Positions 62,281-64,000 of a stretch of 64,000 nt of DNA are shown in pieces. Below the pieces are notes generated by a model, which saw only the letters and a program-made list of their open reading frames with translations, made no database searches and was not told where the DNA came from. The stretch comes from Candidatus Eiseniibacteriota bacterium (GTDB taxonomy: Bacteria; Eisenbacteria; RBG-16-71-46): contig CAVQXP010000004.1 of NCBI GenBank assembly GCA_963717935.1, positions 128,001-192,000 of the forward strand, written 5' to 3'. The stretch's first letter is position 1, and every line of letters begins with the position of its first letter. A program made the translations under genes and the position numbers.

Positions 62281-64000
62281 ATGGGTGCTTGCAGAGTGCT
62301 GATGCTGCTGGTCGCAGCTGTCGTCGTCGGCGCCTCGACGCTCCAGGCCGGCGAAATCCACCAGGCGGTCGCCGCGGGCGACAGCGCCCGGGTAGCTCGC
62401 CTGCTGCGCGCGGACCCCGGCCTGGTCCGCGTGGCGAATGGGGACCGGGCCGCCGAGCTGCCGCTGCACATCGCGGCCGGGGCCGGACGGGTCGGGATCG
62501 CCCGGCTCCTGCTCGAGGCGGGCGCCGAGGTGGACGGGCCCGACAGCGACGAGAGCACGCCGCTCGACGTCGCCGTGGTCCGGCGCCAGCGCGAGATGGC
62601 GCGCCTCCTCCTGGATCGGGGCTCCAACGTCAACCACCGCGACCGCAACGGCGGCTATGCCCTGAGCTTCGCGGTCTCCGGCGGCGACACGGCCATCGTG
62701 CGGATGCTCCTCGAGGCCGGGGCGGACCTGAACTACCTCTCCCTGCAGGGCACCACCCTCCTGCACCTCGCCGGCTCTCGCGGGCTGTGGGACCTCGCGG
62801 ACCTGCTCATCCGGCGCGGCGGGGACATCAACCGCGGCAACGCCATCGGGCAGACTCCGCTGCACCTGGCCGCCTACGGGAACGATTCCACGCGGGTCGC
62901 GCATCTGGTGGCGCTCGGAGCGCGCGTCACCGTGCCCGACTCCACCGGGAGCACGCCCCTCGACATCGCCGTCGAGCTCGGGAGGATCCCTACCGCGAGG
63001 GCGCTCCTGGCGGCCGGCGCGGATGTGAACGCCTCCTTCCGCCTGGGCATGACCCCGATCTTCTGGTCGGCGCTGCGCAGGAACGCGGCCATGGCCCGGC
63101 TGTTGATGGCGAACGGCGCCGACCCGAACCGGACCACCCGGAGCGGCGACACCCCCCTCGCACTCGCCGTCGAGTCGAAGCAGACGGAACTCGTCGCGTT
63201 GCTGCTGGAGGGCGGCGCACGGGCCACCGGGGCCACCGGGAGGGACTCGTTGACGCCGCTCCACCGGGCCGGCATCGGTGGACGGGCCGACATCGCGCGC
63301 CTGCTCCTCGAGCACGGCGCTGACGCCGACGCCGGCGCGAAGGACCGCGACGGGGCCACGCCGCTCGACTTCGCGGTCCGCTACGGGCACCGGTCGGTGG
63401 CCGACCTGCTGGTCGCGCACCGGGCGGCCGGCGCGCGCTGGCGGGGCACCGCCGACTGCGGGCTCTCGGGCGCGCGGCGGCTCGCCGGCGGCGAGGCGGC
63501 GATCTGGTTCCTCGGGCACAGCGGCTGGGGGATCAGGACCCGGAACCACTTCCTCGTCTTCGACTACATGCCCGATGATCCGCCGGCCGACCAGCCGGGC
63601 CTCTGCAACGGCTCCATCGCGCCGGAGGAGTTGAAGGGCGAGCGCGTGACCGTCTTCGCCACGCACGAGCACGGCGACCATTTCGACCGGCGCATCTTCG
63701 GCTGGCGCGAGCGGCTGCCGCGGGCCACCTACGTCCTCGGCTTCCGGGCCGACACGCTGCCGCCGCACGTCTTCATCGGGCCACGGGAGACACGCGAGGT
63801 CGACGGCATGAAGATCACGACGATCCGGGCCAACGACCTGGGCGTCGGCTTCGTCGTCGAGGTGGACGGCCTCGTCCTCTTCCACGCGGGCGACCACGCC
63901 AACCGGAACCGCGACCTGTCCGGCGACTTCACCCCCGAGATCGAGTTCCTTCAGGCACGGGGGGTGAAGCCGGACATCGCCTTCCTGCCGATCACGGGGT
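62281..64000 (+). CDS. Secreted ankyrin-repeat protein with C-terminal metallo-beta-lactamase-fold domain (truncated at edge)
   Basis: Not in the ORF track; GGAGG RBS, signal peptide MGACRVLMLLVAAVVVGASTLQA, about ten TPLH/GADVN-type repeats, then WFLGHSG, THEHGDH (63661-63681), FHAGD. Confidence 0.9.
   Translation, partial: MGACRVLMLLVAAVVVGASTLQAGEIHQAVAAGDSARVARLLRADPGLVRVANGDRAAELPLHIAAGAGRVGIARLLLEAGAEVDGPDSDESTPLDVAVVRRQREMARLLLDRGSNVNHRDRNGGYALSFAVSGGDTAIVRMLLEAGADLNYLSLQGTTLLHLAGSRGLWDLADLLIRRGGDINRGNAIGQTPLHLAAYGNDSTRVAHLVALGARVTVPDSTGSTPLDIAVELGRIPTARALLAAGADVNASFRLGMTPIFWSALRRNAAMARLLMANGADPNRTTRSGDTPLALAVESKQTELVALLLEGGARATGATGRDSLTPLHRAGIGGRADIARLLLEHGADADAGAKDRDGATPLDFAVRYGHRSVADLLVAHRAAGARWRGTADCGLSGARRLAGGEAAIWFLGHSGWGIRTRNHFLVFDYMPDDPPADQPGLCNGSIAPEELKGERVTVFATHEHGDHFDRRIFGWRERLPRATYVLGFRADTLPPHVFIGPRETREVDGMKITTIRANDLGVGFVVEVDGLVLFHAGDHANRNRDLSGDFTPEIEFLQARGVKPDIAFLPITG

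Noticed and set aside
61909..63897. Long N-terminal extension of the 1218-aa peptidase ORF
   Set aside because: It is the antisense of the ankyrin gene; the peptidase has its own RBS and lipoprotein signal at 61908.

Overview
High-GC bacterial chromosomal window with no rRNA, tRNA, CRISPR array or transposase that I can see. The 54-aa 'DGAGGAIVTW..DIYAQR' repeat protein and the giant kinase-sigma54 activator suggest an uncultured lineage such as Ca. Eisenbacteria; this is weak inference. Left third, a redox/Fe-S neighbourhood: apbE-rnfCDGEAB (RnfA carries an unusual signal peptide plus a ~90-aa extracytoplasmic extension), a divergent ferredoxin, PFOR (nifJ) with a DHOD-like gene, a Cys-rich MerR-led suf operon (sufC, intein-containing sufB, sufD, sufS, sufU, Rieske-SufT fusion, MFS), a saccharopine dehydrogenase-like gene and a three-gene transhydrogenase behind a sigma54-type promoter. 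Middle: dihydropyrimidinase (frameshifted), NUDIX, site-2 protease and a xanthine dehydrogenase-family trio, then a compositionally distinct ~11.7-kb co-oriented signalling block. That block runs Ser/Thr kinase-NTPase-TPR-GAF-sigma54 activator, sigma54-type promoter, small exported protein, degenerate stand-alone AAA+ domain, CheB/CheR/PAS, PAS-GGDEF-EAL, and is my best candidate for an undescribed system. Right: oppABC, a pseudo-receiver LuxR regulator, a ferredoxin reductase-like gene, CPBP protease, tag, glutamine synthetase III, an M49-like peptidase and a secreted ankyrin-metallo-beta-lactamase-fold fusion. Several scattered frameshifts may be sequencing errors. All calls come from reading motifs by eye; no searches were run.
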